64,000 nucleotides of DNA from Spizellomyces punctatus DAOM BR117 (Eukaryota), in the NCBI GenBank assembly GCA_000182565.2, contig KQ257453.1, one strand, 5' to 3'. The notes beneath the pieces were generated by a model, which was given only the letters and a program-made list of their open reading frames with translations, was not told the DNA's origin and did no database searches. This document shows positions 43,277-57,089 of the stretch, one piece after another (position 1 is the first letter of the stretch; each line of letters opens with the position of its first letter). A program made the translations under genes and the position numbers.

Positions 43277-46204
43277 ATGCCGCCATCAAGCGTATCGCGA
43301 TGGGTTTTTCTAGGGCTCACTCTTATGGGTGTCCTATGGCAAGCACAAGTCGCATCTTCATTTTATCTCCCTGGAGTTGCACCTCGCGACTACAAGAGTG
43401 GTGAACGAGTGCCTCTGTATGTGAATGCTTTGTCGTCACCCGATACGGTATATCCTTGTAGTCCTGCTTCTGTATAGCAAGCAAAGACACTGACTGTTGA
43501 ATTGGGGAATAGGTACTTCCGTATGATTACTACACCCCATACTTGAAATTCTGCCAACCAAAGGAGATTCAAGGGAAAAGCGAGTCACTGGGAAGCATCC
43601 TTTTTGGCGATCGGCTGAAATCGTCGCCGTATGAGGTAAGTACTTGTTCTGTATCCTAGCTGTGTCTATGCTGTTTCCACCGTTGCTGACAGAGGGTTCT
43701 AGCTGAATATGCTACAGAAAGCGACCTGTGTCGAACTCTGTACTGCCGTATATAAAGAGGAGGATGCGTCATTTGTGGAAGGGCTGATTGAACAAAAGTA
43801 TTTTATGAACTGGTGTGTATAGGCATCTGCATATGGGAGACGACGGGGTTTTTAAATACGAAGTTCTTCAGGGAAGTCGATGGCTTACCTGCAGCCAAAG
43901 AAGAGCGAGATCCAAAGACTCAGGAGCCGTTTTACGAAATTGGCATTCAGCTTGGGTCTGTCAGCGTGGTATGTCAATGTCTTGATAGTACATGCGCATA
44001 AGGACACAGCAGACTAAAGTAGAAACGTGATCAGGAAACAAAGTACCCATACTCTAGGGCTTACCTCAACAACCATTACGACATCACAATCAAATATCAT
44101 ACCGAGGATCAAAAGACATATAGGGTGGTTGGAGTACTTGTCACTCCATACAGGTGGGGTTTGGTTGCATGTGAACGCTAGTGGGGGGCGGCCTTCCTCA
44201 CTGTCTACACGTGAAATAGTGTTGCGAACCTTAAAGACCTAAACTGTGGAAAAGATGGAGATGGTTTACCTACCGCAACAAACTACAACCATCAATTATT
44301 GAACCGGGGGAAGGATACGACGGTGAAATTTTCATACAATGTCAAGTGGGAGGTGCGTGGGCAATATGCTTTTTGACGATCCTGAACCGGCGTTCCTCAT
44401 ATTTGAGCTACCAACAGTCGTCTCGTATTCAATGGGGTACCCGCTGGGACAACTATTGTACGTAATACCTTCCTGCTAGTACTGGCCACAGGTTATTAAT
44501 GTCATGTTGATTTTCAAAGTGCATGTTTTCGACCCGAAAATCCACTGGTTCAGGTCAGTGAAATCTACTGTATACTCAGAGCAACGTGGGATAAGCTTAT
44601 CTAGTTTCTGTTAGTCTTGTGAACTCGGTTGTGATTGTATTGTTCTTGACTGGAATGGTCGCCATGATTCTCTTGCGCGCACTGCACAAAGATATTGCCC
44701 GTTATAATGCCGTCGAAGCTCAGGTAGACTTCGTTGGACGTGGCCTGACCTTGCGTCGCTGGAGTTTTTGCTTACCCGAGATCTCGTAGGAGGATGCGCA
44801 AGAAGACTTTGGATGGAAACTTGTACATGGAGATGTGTTCCGCCCGCCACGATGGTCTATGCTGCTCGCGGTGCTTGTTGGAAGCGGCGCGCAATTGTTC
44901 CTTATGGCATCTGTAACACTAGGTACCCTGGTTGAAGGTTGACTGTGGATAAAACGAGACATACTGATGCTGGTGTGGCTTTGTGCAGGTTTTGCGGTCC
45001 TCGGCTTCTTGTCGCCTTCCAGCAGAGGCTCCCTATCAACTGTTATGCTCGTCTTTTACGTCCTCTTTGGAAGTGTAGCGGGTTACACATCTGCCCGTTA
45101 CTACAAGATGTTTGGGGGCGAAAAGTGGAAGCGGAACGTTGTGCTTACCGCTTTCTTAGTGCCAGGGTAAGGTTTCCTGTCGATCGTTCTTATGTGAAAA
45201 TCCATCTTTAATACTGGAAATCCCCTAAGAACGGTCTTTGGCATTTTCCTCACCCTCAATTTTTTCCTGATTGGCGCAAAATCGTCTGGTGCGGTTCCTT
45301 TCGGAACTATGTTTGCCCTCATGGCAATGTGGTTCTTGGTTTCGGCGCCTCTATGCTTTGTCGGTGCTTACTTTGGATTCAAGAAGCCAGTACGTATTAC
45401 TTCCTGTGGTTCTGACTGTGAATTTAAGCTAACGACATGAATAGAAACTTGAGCACCCAGTTAGGACCAATCAAATTCCTCGTCAAATCCCTGAACAGGT
45501 ACAAATGATCTGATTTCATCCAGATTACACTTCATCCTAAAACCTTTTTATTATTCAAGGCATTCTACCTTCGTGCCATTCCCTCGATTCTCATGGGCGG
45601 TATCCTCCCCTTCGGAGCGATCTTCATCGAACTTTACTTTATCATGAGCAGCATCTGGTTCAACCGCATCTACTACGTGTTTGGATTTCTCTTCCTCGTC
45701 TTTTTGATCTTGATCTTGACCTGTTCGGAAGTCACGATTTTGATGTGCTACTTCCATTTGTGTTCAGAGGATTATAGATGGTAGGCGCAGAAGATGGACA
45801 CAGCACCATCCCACTGGGCTTACTAGTTTCTCTCACTAGGTGGTGGAGGGCATTCCTAACCAGTGGAGCATCGGCTTTGTATGTGTTCCTCTACGGCGTG
45901 CTGTACTATTGTACCCGGTTGGAGATTAATGACGTGCCATCAACCATTTTGTACTTTGGGTGAGTTGCAATAGTGTGCATTTACACCCATGGGCAAAGTA
46001 CATTAACCGTGAATGTGGCAGGTATACTTTCACCATGAGTTTATTGTTCTTCCTGTTGACTGGGACGATCGGGTTCACGGCTTGCTTCAAGTTTGTGAGA
46101 AAGATTTACGGTTCCATTAAGGTTCGTTCAGTTCCAAGCTATGCGAGTTTCACGTTATGTCCTCTCACAACTAACGATTTCATGTACATGTACAGATCGA
46201 TTAG
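43277..46204 (+). CDS. Nonaspanin / TM9SF (Emp70/Tmn2-like)
   Basis: Signal peptide then [57 protein letters not shown], ends KIYGSIK|ID*. Confidence 0.95.
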
Positions 46205-46443
46205 TGGAGGTCAAGTAGACACGTCCATTTTCTGTTAAGGGCAGTGTCGAATAAGAAGATACGAGTGATAGACACAGTGTGACATGGTCATAATGTTTAA
46301 TTTTCTGCAATCCAACGACTGTCGTTGGCGCAATGATTCCTCATATATATTATTGAAATTGCGTTGACTCAGCATTGTGCGATGCATCGCCACTACCGTA
46401 GACCGGGTATACAGTATTCCTCTTTAGTGTTCTATGATTTAGG

Positions 46444-47767
46444 TCACCACGGTGATCCCGGGCTCTTTGATGGGCTTGGACTCTTTGAGGCGCTTCTGAC
46501 AGGGCTCGACGTGGCAGATGTTGGACTAGGCGTCCCAGGCGAGATTCTCAGCGGAGATGCCGAGGCAGACCTCCCGCTTTTGGAGTTCAATCCTGTTTTT
46601 GCACACCAACTATTGATGTGTCCAACCAATGCGTCCTCCCACTCTGCCCAAAAATGGTTGGCTTCTGGTACGATTATCACCGTCTTGTTCTCTGACGGTA
46701 ATTCGTCCACGAACTTTTGAAAGTTTGCTTCGGATGTGAAATTGTCTTTTGCACCGGTTATAAAGAGCTTTGGGATGCTCGTAGATATGGACTTTAAGCT
46801 TCCTTGAGATTTTTTGCCGTTGAAGAGGGTGAGGAACCAAAGTACTGGTAAAAGGTTCAGCCCTCGGTTCTATGGTGAGCATGTCGAAAATAAGCCTTAC
46901 CTCCACTTGTTAAGGGCGAGAGAACTTCAGTATCTGATATGCGTAGTAAATGACATCTCGGATGAACTCACCTTGGATAACTTATCGATATGAAACCAGC
47001 TAGTTCAGGAACTTGTCCGGCAATTGCACCCATTGCTACTGATCCGTACGAATAGCCCTACAATGCATCAAGCTCAATATGCTGTTGCATGAGGCCATCA
47101 AGTCCTGATATACCTACGCATAAAACTATTCTCTTTGGTGCCAGGTCAGATCGGCTACGTAGGTAATGACAAATCGCCAGAACATCTTCCATCTCGCCCG
47201 CCCCTAAACTAATGATTGTCAAAACTGGAGGCGAAGGATATCATGCAAGCATGTGGTCAAGTACCCCTGAAGGACGTTCGCCCAGTAGACCGTCCCACAC
47301 CGCTACAGAATGGCATTTAGGATCCTGTCACTGATGAGCTCCTCCTAACCCAGGCGTGTGGAACAGCGGATAGCACTATAATGCGTACCGAAAGTTAAAA
47401 CGGACGGTCATATAACCTTGGTGCGCGAAATTGTCGAAAAGAGCTCGGACGACATTGTTTTCTAGGTTCCCGCCAAGCTTCAAGTAGAGAGGTGAATTAG
47501 CTGTACAGTCTAATTTTTCGAATCCCACAGCAACCCAAAGCTCACCGGCCCGTAAGGATGCGCAAATATGACGCATCTATCGAATGAGGTTCGCCAATAT
47601 TGACAACTAGCCATAGGAAGAATCAAGATGCCTACGAAAACTCACGTGTCCTTTCTACCAGTACCCTTGTAAATGCGGGTCTCAAGTTCAACCTTGTCGG
47701 TGGAAGGCACATGCTGTTGCTCCTCTTGGTAATGGAGCACGGCAGAACGGGAAACATGGTCGAGCAT
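46444..47767 (-). CDS. Small alpha/beta-fold hydrolase
   Basis: FAHPYGP|LGGNLENNVV, TVRFNFR, GYSYGS nucleophile elbow, GAKDNFT, EANHFW; S/P-rich tail. Confidence 0.8.
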
Positions 47768-47826
47768 GCTGATGTAGCAATCTGACGACGTGCTTTTGTC
47801 CATTGCGCGGTTTCGTGATTGCTTGT

Positions 47827-47837
47827 GATCACGTGAA
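47827..47837. promoter_or_regulatory. E-box GATCACGTGAA
   Basis: Divergent promoter, 60 bp from the hydrolase ATG at 47767. Confidence 0.55.
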
Positions 47838-48109
47838 TGCTTACTCAACTGTGGCTGGTTGGATCCATTCCAAGCCTCGAGTTCTTGCGGCCACTTTGCC
47901 GCTTGCGCCCCATCCAATTAAAATCCCCACACGAGCCGTCGTTGTATCCCAGATCCCTGACGTAAACATTGAACGTTCCCACCCATAAAAGAACGAGGTC
48001 GCTGAATCTGCAGTTTTCGCACACGATCGTCGTCGTCCATCAGGCCAGAGAGTAGGCCCAACACACCAGCTGCAGTCAAGACATATTCCTGTGAACCACT
48101 TTTACAAGC

Positions 48110-49502
48110 ATGCTTCCCACCATCGCCGCCATCGCCACGGCATCCGTCGCTGTTTTGTCGTCATTAGTTTCTGCACAGTCGATAAAAACATGCACTCCTT
48201 ACCAGTCAGAATTCGACTTCACAGGCTTTCCTCCTGCATGGGAAAAGGCATCAACAGGTGCTTTACGGGAGAAATCTCTCAATTAAAACTAAATTACTAA
48301 AATTCCACATTTGATTTTTAGGCACCGTGAACTCGGCAGAGTTTACGGCCCTCAAGGCGCGGATTGATTGGTCAAAGGTTCCAAGCATCCCTCCTAAAAC
48401 CGCGCAAGCGCCCACAGGACCGATGGTCACGACGGGATATAACGTTGCAGCTGATCCAGGTGCGTATTTGTTCTCGCATGAGTTTGGGCTGTGACTTGCG
48501 TAATAATCTGTTACGCTTGTACGACAGACTGTTGGTGGACGGCCACAGGTTGTACGAAGAGTAAAGTCGCTGGCATTGACCCCGATATTGTTCAATGTCC
48601 ACAGTCGTGTAAGTAGAGTCGTTGCAGCATCGACTTTCGAAATGACGATGCTTATTACTGGACTTTCAAATAGCAACTCTCGGATATACGTTTGATGATG
48701 GTCCAAACTGTACCCAGCCTTTCCTGTATGACTTCTTGAAGCAGAACAATCAGAAGGTGGACCTCTTCTATATTGGATCGAATGTCCGAAACTGGCCACG
48801 AGAGGCTAAGCTTGGAGTCGACGCTGGACACCACATTGCCGTACACACCTGGTCGCACCCGCTACTGACCTCCTTAAGCAATGATGAAGTGCTTGCCGAG
48901 CTTTACTACACCAAGAAAATCATCAAACTAGTAACAGGTGTGACCCCCAAGTACTTCCGTCCTCCACAGGGCGACATTGACGATCGGGTCCGCGCAATTG
49001 CAAAGGCCATCAACCTCACCAACATTCAATGGAACCTTGGTATGTTACTGGTTGTCCCTTACTCTAATCCTTGTTCTCTGAACTAATTGTCTGTGCAGAC
49101 TCCTTCGACTGGATGATGCAACCGGCTGGTCCGCGCTCACCTGCTGAGATAGATGCCAACTTCCAAGGCTGGATTGATAAGGCGAAGAATGGCTCTTTCG
49201 CAAACAGCGGTGCTATTTCTCTCGAGCACGAGGCGAACGAGGGCACCATGAGAAAAGCAATCGAATGGTATCCCAAGCTAAAGGAGTCCTTCAAATATAT
49301 TATGCCGGTAGTGAGTTGCCAGAGCATCGCTCATCCCTATGAGGAAACCAATATCAGCTTCCAAACGTTCCAAGAAGTTGTGGGTGGCAAGCCTGCTGGC
49401 TCGGGATCTACCGGCAGTGGAGCACCGCCGCAGACGGCCGCGAGCCTGGTCGGAGGGTGGGTTGCGGCCGTCGCTGCGGCAGTTGGAGCGGCATTTTTGT
49501 AG
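48110..49502 (+). CDS. Chitin deacetylase (CE4/NodB), secreted, probably GPI-anchored
   Basis: Signal MLPTIAAIATASVAVLS; CWWTATGC; YTFDDGP, HTWSH, YFRPPQGD, ISLEHE; hydrophobic C-terminus. Confidence 0.93.
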
Positions 49503-49630
49503 GACAATGCACATTTCTATTCACAAATTAGATGTAAAATAGTTTTCCATCCTGTATCTTACTCATGTTCAATTAGCCCTATATAGCTTTGGGGAAGCAT
49601 TCTGTTCTGAATATAGTGAACGTCTTCGAT

Positions 49631-51902
49631 TCATCCGTGTAGGGCACGCACGCGACCCTTCTGAGATGCATCACTCGCACCTCCTTCTGGCATCTTGGCA
49701 AACTGGTCAGCGAGATACTGTAGAATGGCAGCGACTCCTGCCACGATGACGTGTTGCGGTGGCGAGTCAAAGGGATTGTCACGAAGATCCAAAGTCTAAG
49801 GATGGATTAACTTTAATTGCTCATCGCTGATCAAGGACTCCCAATGTAGCGTACCTGCAACTGGCTCATCTTGTGCATTGCTGGGGGAAGGTCGCTCAGT
49901 CGGTTGTGACTCAAATCCAATCGTATCAAGTTACTTAGTTCGCCTATTTCGGGTGGAATGAGATTTATAGCATTGGAACGGACCTCGAAGACTGTCAATG
50001 CTTGGAGTGATCTGGTCATCATTATCATACCAAATTAAGGGGAGTTTGAATGAGATCCAATTTCATCTACTCTTACTTTATGGAAGGAGGGACCGTTTCC
50101 AGTTTGTTGTTATTCGCAAACAACCGCTCCAGCTTTTTCATGTCGCCAATATCATCTGGCAGCGTGATGATGAGATTGTGACTAATGTCTAGCTCAGTCA
50201 GGCTTGACAATTGACATATTTCATCAGGAAGAATTTCGATGCTGTTGTTACTATAGCCCAAGAATGTTTTAATATCGTTGGCGCGGATTCTCATGCTGGC
50301 CATAAACACGTACTTTAAAAAGAGTTTGACGAGATGCTGCAAGTTTTTGATGGTTGGCGGAATAGCAAAGGAGCTCAACTGGTTTTGTCGGAGATCAAGA
50401 TGATGAAGAGCAGTTAAACCCCCTATCTGATCAGGAAGTTGGCGTAAAGAGCAACTGTCACAATTGAGAACCCGGAGGGATCGGAGACTGCCCAAGATTT
50501 CTGGCATTGTATGAACGGTTTTTGAACAAGCTCTCCACAGAGTGAAAAAGAGTACAATGAACATACCTGGCAAATCCTCCATCTGTCCATTATCCTTCAT
50601 TACCAGTTCAGTTAAATTTACCCAATTCTTGATGCCTATGGGTATGCGTGTGAGCTTGGTGTTTCGCATGTTGAATTTCTTCATATTTCGCAGACGGGAA
50701 ATAATGGCTGGTAGGTCATCCAATTGGTGGTTTTCTTCAATGTCTAGTTCTTCGAGGTGTATGAGATCGCCACCTGGAGTATGGATAGGTTACTTTCCGT
50801 TGTAAGTGATCCCATCATGCCCTACGTTGGGGTCAGGCGTTCCATCGACAATCCATCAAGCTCCCCCCGCTCTGCCTGTCTGCCTGGTATTCTATTTTCC
50901 CATCATCTCTCTCAAATATATCTTTTTCGAAAACTCACAAGAGTCAGGAAGAGTCTTCAGTGCATTGTGGCCCACGAACAACCGCACCAACGTCGCGAGT
51001 TTTCCAAGATTTTCTGGGAGCATCGTCAGCAAATTATTGCTAATGTTCCATTCCTACAATGTAAGTTTAAAGGGTGAGAAAACGGTACTTGTCGGGGTTC
51101 AAGTCATGGGAGCGTACTGTGAGAGATCGCAGTGACGATATGTCCCCTGTAATCGCTTTGATTTTGTTGTAACTAATGTTGAGTATAGAAAGGACGGGGA
51201 GGCTATAAACGCAGTGAGGAATATCCTGTAATGCAAGCGAATTTGATATCAGTTTTGTTATCGGCAAAGAACCACAGGCATAGATTGCATACTTTCAGGT
51301 CATTGTGGTGTAGCTGGAGGGTATGAAGATTACTGAGGTTGCCAATCTCCGTTGGGATATCCCTGGCAAAAGATAGGGAAGCCTTAGACAAACTCCAATT
51401 GTGGCGATGATTTGCTTTCGACTTACTCGAGCTGATTTCCGCTCAGATCTAGTCGGACTAGATTTGTCAGTTCACCAATCTTTGGTGTCATTGGAGAGTA
51501 AAAGAGTCGATTGCTTCCTAGATATTTGTTTAAATGTTAATGAAGAACCGCCACGGTATATCGAGATCGAGCAAAATCACTCTCACCAGCGTCAATCTCG
51601 ACCAAAGTTTTAGGCAGCCACGGTGGAAAGTAGTTGACATTGTTCTGCGAAAAGTTGAGTGTTCGTAACTGCCCCAGTCGTCCTGCGCCGGAAACGTTAA
51701 TCGCAAACAATAAAATTATCGAACATGGATACCTACCTAGCTCTATCGGCAAGTCAATCAACAAGTTATTCGAAAGATTAAGATTCTCGAGCTTTTTACA
51801 GCCTTTGATTTGCTTTGGAAGCGATTTTATATCCCGCTTAGAGAGATCCAGCTCCTTCTCCCTCCTCGCGGCCCTGATGTCCTTCACCAAAGCATTACCC
51901 AT
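49631..51902 (-). CDS. Leucine-rich repeat protein (SHOC2/RSU1-type repeats)
   Basis: Many LxxLxLxxNxLxxLPxxI repeats over more than 10 exons; cap LDLRDNPFDSPPQHVIVAGVAAILQYL. Confidence 0.85.
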
Positions 51903-52184
51903 GGATGTAGATCGGATCCGTTAATTACGTCTACGACTGTCAAATAACTGATTGTGAGGTGACTACATCCTCGTTAAAAGCTTTTTCATATGATACCCTG
52001 TTGTTTGTAAAGATTCAAGGAAGGGTCAAGCTGAGGGTCTATTACGTCAGCGGCCACGATCCAGGTTGGAACCAGCTTTCACTTGCAACTTGCTCGTCAG
52101 CGCATTTGCCAAAATCTTTTGACGAACATCACCTCCAATTGCTTTCTAAACCTTTCATATATGATACAAAAAGACGAGCTCCAA

Positions 52185-53939
52185 ATGGATGATTCTGATG
52201 ACCTCCCTCCATTGCTGGTACCCGTCGAAGAAGGCACTAATTTACCTGACGTATCTGAGACAAGGTGGGTGTAAAAATAAAAAGTCATGTACCAGCCGTA
52301 TGCTCTTAAATGTATCGCTAACGAAGCACAGTACTGTACAAACAGAAAATAATGATAAAGTTCCCGTAACAATCATTACCGGACATTTGGGTATGTACTT
52401 ATGAATCCTCGACTCATGGGGGTCGCTAGTCTGCTCGACGAGACCTTAATTATATTGCTGGGATCAGGAAGCGGCAAAACGACTCTAATCACTCGCCTTT
52501 TAAATGATGAAACCCACAAGAAGCGAATTGCGGTTATACTGAACGAGTTTGGCGAAAGTAAGCCTTCATCTTTGTCCGTCTTGCTCACGTGGTGGTTGAC
52601 TTTTCACACAATGNNNNNNNNNNNNNNNNNNNNNNNNNNNNNNNNNNNNNNNNNNNNNNNNNNNNNNNNNNNNNNNNNNNNNNNNNNNNNNNNNNNNNNN
52701 NNNNNNNNNNNNNNNNNNNNNNNNNNNNNNNNNNNNNNGGACATCTGATGCATTTAATTAAAGAGACGCGGGTGTGAAAGCGGTTGAGAATCTGATGAAG
52801 AAGAAGGGACGATTTGATTATATTATGTTGGAGACCACCGGTCTTGCAGATCCCGGTAAGCATCTTAATCGCTGCACTTATGATAGAGTTGAGGTTGACA
52901 GTTGACAGGGCCGATTGCATCAATGTTCTGGTTGGATGACGAGCTGCAGAGTGAGATATATCTTGATGGAATATTGACTGTGGTGGATGCTAAATACGGC
53001 TTGGAGGTATCAGTTACACTGAATTCGCGAGATGTCAGGTCCAGGTGTCTTATATCTCGCCCTGCACAGCAATTGGCTGAGCGGAAATCGAACGATATGG
53101 TAAACGAGGCAATAAGGTTCGTCATTATTGAAAAACCTCTCTGGCTGTGGCTTACTGAATCCTCACGTTTATATTCAGGCAGGTCGCCTTTGCCGATCGC
53201 ATCATACTGAATAAAATCGATCTCGTGACGGACGAACATATCAAAGACTTGGAAACTGCGATAAGGTGTGTTAGATTGCCAACAGTCAGTTTCCACATTC
53301 CGCTCATGCTTTTGGAGGGAATAGATCTGTGAACGCTGTAGCGCCAATATATAGAACAACCAGATCGGAGGTGCCGATAGAGTTCATGCTGGATCTGCAC
53401 TGCTTTGACGACCGGTCGAAAGACCCGTTCGCTGATACCAATGCCGGTAGACCTCCATCTGCGACACATATAGACGAGGTAATTGAAGCAGATAGGTTCC
53501 ATCTGCATTAGGGCATTTGTTGACACGTGATACATATTTTCACTAGGATGTCCGAACAGTGGCCTTTACTGTTCCTGGACAAGTCGACCTCCACAAACTG
53601 GATGCATGGTTACAGAGTGTTTTGTGGGAGCGAACTGTTCCAGGACGGCGGAAAGACACAGCAGGCGGAATGGAGATACTACGATTCAAAGCACTAATCA
53701 ATGCGACAGGGAACGACCGCAAATGCGTCGTTCAAGCCGTTCGAGAGCTCTACGATAAACAAGAAGGCGCCTTCTGGGAGAAAGATGAAGAACGAATAAA
53801 CAAAGTGGTCCTGATCGGTAAGTGTCCAATGTTTTACTTTGTGCGATTTAGCTATAGCCCTATTAATATCATATCAGGCAAAAACCTAGATGAGAGTTTC
53901 CCCCAGTCATTCCGCGAACAATGCCTTGCTACCTATTAA
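52185..53939 (+). CDS. ZNG1: COG0523/CobW zinc metallochaperone GTPase (interrupted by assembly gap)
   Basis: [42 protein letters not shown], CobW_C EILRFKA. Confidence 0.92.
52614..52738. other. Assembly gap (125 N)
   Basis: Run of N in the sequence. Confidence 1.
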
Positions 53940-54196
53940 CCGTCTCCAAACGAGCTACCTTATACGCGCCTTAAAATGCTACGACGTTCCATTCCCATTT
54001 TTTTTCTTCACCACCATGTTTAAATTTTGCTATATACAATGAGGTCCTTTAAAAAGTCATCTTCTTGAAAATGAAGAGTCAGGACCATTTCGCGGTGTGG
54101 GAGTTTGGGATTTGTAAGCAGCCCCCTCTTATTCTCTGAATCAAGCATTCGGTGTGGATACCATTGTATGTGCTAGTCTACACGTTAAGGCGGAAT

Positions 54197-55493
54197 TTAC
54201 TGGTGTTGATGAGATGGAGCAGGTTGGAGGACGACTTGTGGGGGGTACGCTGGGGCTGCTGAATAGCCAATGTAAGCATAACCAGCGCCGCCCGCGACAG
54301 GTACGGATGTATACTTTGGATAGGCTCCCACATTCATACCGATCATACCCATCACCATCCCACCCGCAACGGGGGAAACGGCGACCGTGGGGTCTACTGT
54401 CTCAACTGCCTCCGTTTCCACACTGTCTTCATTGTCGCCTTGCGGCACCTGGTCACTGTCACCACTTTCAGTCTTTGCGACAGCTGGTTCCATTTCGTCT
54501 CCGCCCGAGGCTCCAGGACTCGGGTATGTTCCAAAATATGGTATCCCTTGCGACATGGTAGGCGACATGGGAGACGACGTGGGGTATCCGTAAGCCTGAT
54601 AAGGAGTTACCCATCCATGGGGTGTGTAGTATGCTGCGGTCATATTTGGGAGAGGTGCACCATTTGGAGCGTACGTAGGTGTGGGAGACATACTGCTGAT
54701 GAATTGGGCAGGGGTAAGGGGAGGAGACACGGGTGACGTTGGGAGAAGGAGGCCGGTCGGGTGAGGTTTATAAAGGTAATGGGGACTATGTTGAGGAGAG
54801 ATGAGCGTAGGTTTTAAAAAAAAAAAAACTTGTCATGGGGGCTGCTCCTAGAGTTGTCTTACCGGAACGAGGGACGCAGGACGCGGTGGTCTCCCCGAAC
54901 GGGCTTGCCGTTCGGACCGGATACGTTGGAAGCCTGCCATCCTTTTGGACCCTGTTAAAATCAGTTACACATTCCGTAAATAGACGTGCCGCGAGTATCG
55001 TGCCACTTGTGTGTTGTCAAAAACCGACCTTTACGACGTCGTACTCCACCTAATCATATAATGACATGTCAGGGTTTGGATGATTGTATAGGATTGTATG
55101 TCTTTTCGATTAACGTACCGTTTCGCCTTCTGCCAAACTCCTGTCATTCGCAATGTGTAAAGGACTAGTGAATAAAAAGCGCTGCTGCTGCCTGCTCGTT
55201 CGTGCAGCACATACCGAAAACCACCATTGTTCAATATAGCTGTATGGTGCACAAACACTGAAAAACATGTTACATTTGGCTGGCGTGAGAACGGACCAAG
55301 GATGTGTTTGAAGACCTACCTTCCACGTCGCCAGCATCAGGAATGATGAAACCGTAACCTACAGTGAAGGCAAAAACCTTGGTGTGAGGAAATAACGCAT
55401 ACGCGCAGAAGTCCAAAAGAAAAGAAGCAAACCTTTCTGACTGTTAAAGAACTTGACCTTTCCAGAGGAACGCACGGGATGAGCCGTATTCAT
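54197..55493 (-). CDS. Cold-shock-domain (Y-box-like) nucleic-acid-binding protein, 287 aa, 7 exons
   Basis: Exons 55493-55433, 55358-55320, 55257-55215, 55140-55119, 55049-55029, 54951-54863, 54785-54197 join in frame: GKVKFFNSQKGYGFIIPDAGDVEVFVHHTAILNNGGFRSLAEGETVEYDVVKGPKGWQASNVSGPNG, then a P/Y/A/G-rich tail. Confidence 0.92.
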
Positions 55494-57089
55494 GTCTTGG
55501 CAACAAAGAACAAGAAGGAAAATGTATAGAGAAAGTACTTGCGTCGAGAAACAGACGAAAGTGTTGAAAGCGTCGGAGAAATCTTTTTATGAGGGATCAA
55601 GCCGCCGTGTGGAGCTTTGAACGGGAGGTGAACACGAAGCCGTATATTGCGGTTCGTTCAAGCAAATAGATTTGAGAAAGTGAAATCAAACGCCCGCACT
55701 TTATGAGGTACGACGATAGAATCAATTTTTGAAAAGAAGTCGTTTTGCTTCTCCAACAATCCAACAGTCTTGAGCCGCTTTTTTTAGACCGTAAGTTCAT
55801 CAAGTGGAAATCGTGAGAATTGCAAGTGTTTGTTTACCTGTTTGGTTGCAGTTGCAAAAGCGCTGTGTTGTTGAACGGTTTTGTTCGTTTTGCTTGCGAA
55901 ACCTGTTCGAGGAAAACGGAGCTCGATAACCAAAAGCGCGCAGCAGATCCAAACCCCGCCGTGATCACGAGAAACGTTGCAACTCAACGAACCGCTCTCA
56001 TTGTCTTATTGGGTAAATTACAGGCACAGTCATGCAATGCTTGCTTGCATTTTGGGCTCAGTTTCTCCCCAACTTTCTTCAAAGGCCCTGGCCCTGAAAC
56101 TACGGGCAAAGTGCGTTTTGTTTTTTCATTCGTTTGGGATCCAGGAAGGAGGAGGGCAAGAAGCAAGCAAGCAGGGACGATATCCATCACCTTTTTTTGT
56201 TGTTGCCTTTTGACGGGTCATCCTTGTTGAACATTGGGTTGGGCTGCTCACCGGGCAACACCCCCATAATTACCATAGAATTCAAGACATTTGCACTGAA
56301 ACAACCAGGCAACCGATCCTTTGTTCTTGCGCTAGAGTATCACCTTTAGTTTGTTTCGAGGGATGCAAGCATCTTTTAGCGCCATACTTTTGACTCGGTC
56401 TCCCCCCAAGATTTTTGGGATTTTTAGATACAGCTACTAAGCCCTTGACTTTGTAAAACTTGAAGATTTCTAAATGTTTAGGGAATACTTATTACAATAA
56501 TCAGCTGGTACTCTACGACATTGCATCCAAATAATTCTCAAGTTTACCAATAACCACCGCGCTAGCCTGCTCCGACCACTGCTGCTTCCCACACGGAGGT
56601 TTCTTGTCTCCAAAGAGACTCGGGTGCGGTACCAATGTTGGCGGAGGTCCGTAACCCCGTGTTAAAGTCATCTTACGTTTGATTATCCAAGTTCACCTAT
56701 TACCATGCCTGAGACCCAGAACACTTGTCCTGAATGATCACAATGCAGTTCAGATGAGTTGGTGCGAACCCGGGTTGTTGTCATTTAAATATGTTCTGTG
56801 GAAGCACTTTTCTATGCACAATGTTATGTGCACACCCAAGTCTTTTATTTTGTCTACATACTTTGTCTACATGACGTTGAATTACATACAAGAAGGGCAC
56901 TTTACACACCGCAATCGAAGCCATCGTGCTGTGAGTTGAAGGGCTTATACCCCATTCATTACACATCCCGACATCCCGAATCCACGTTAACCAGCAGGTA
57001 CCCATCCCAAACATTTTGAGTCGAACAGTATTTTTCAAACCGGTGCAAGATCAAACTCTGGCCCAGCAAGGGTTCATGCTCCAGTGCGA

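Noticed and set aside
43450..43516. ATATCCTT in the first TM9SF intron, suggesting a U12 AT-AC intron
   Set aside because: AT-AC splicing gives an almost immediate stop; the overlapping GT-AG intron restores VLPYDYY; no U12 branch consensus
47331..47370. CTGATGAG hammerhead-ribozyme core
   Set aside because: No stem II followed by GAAA; it lies antisense within an intron
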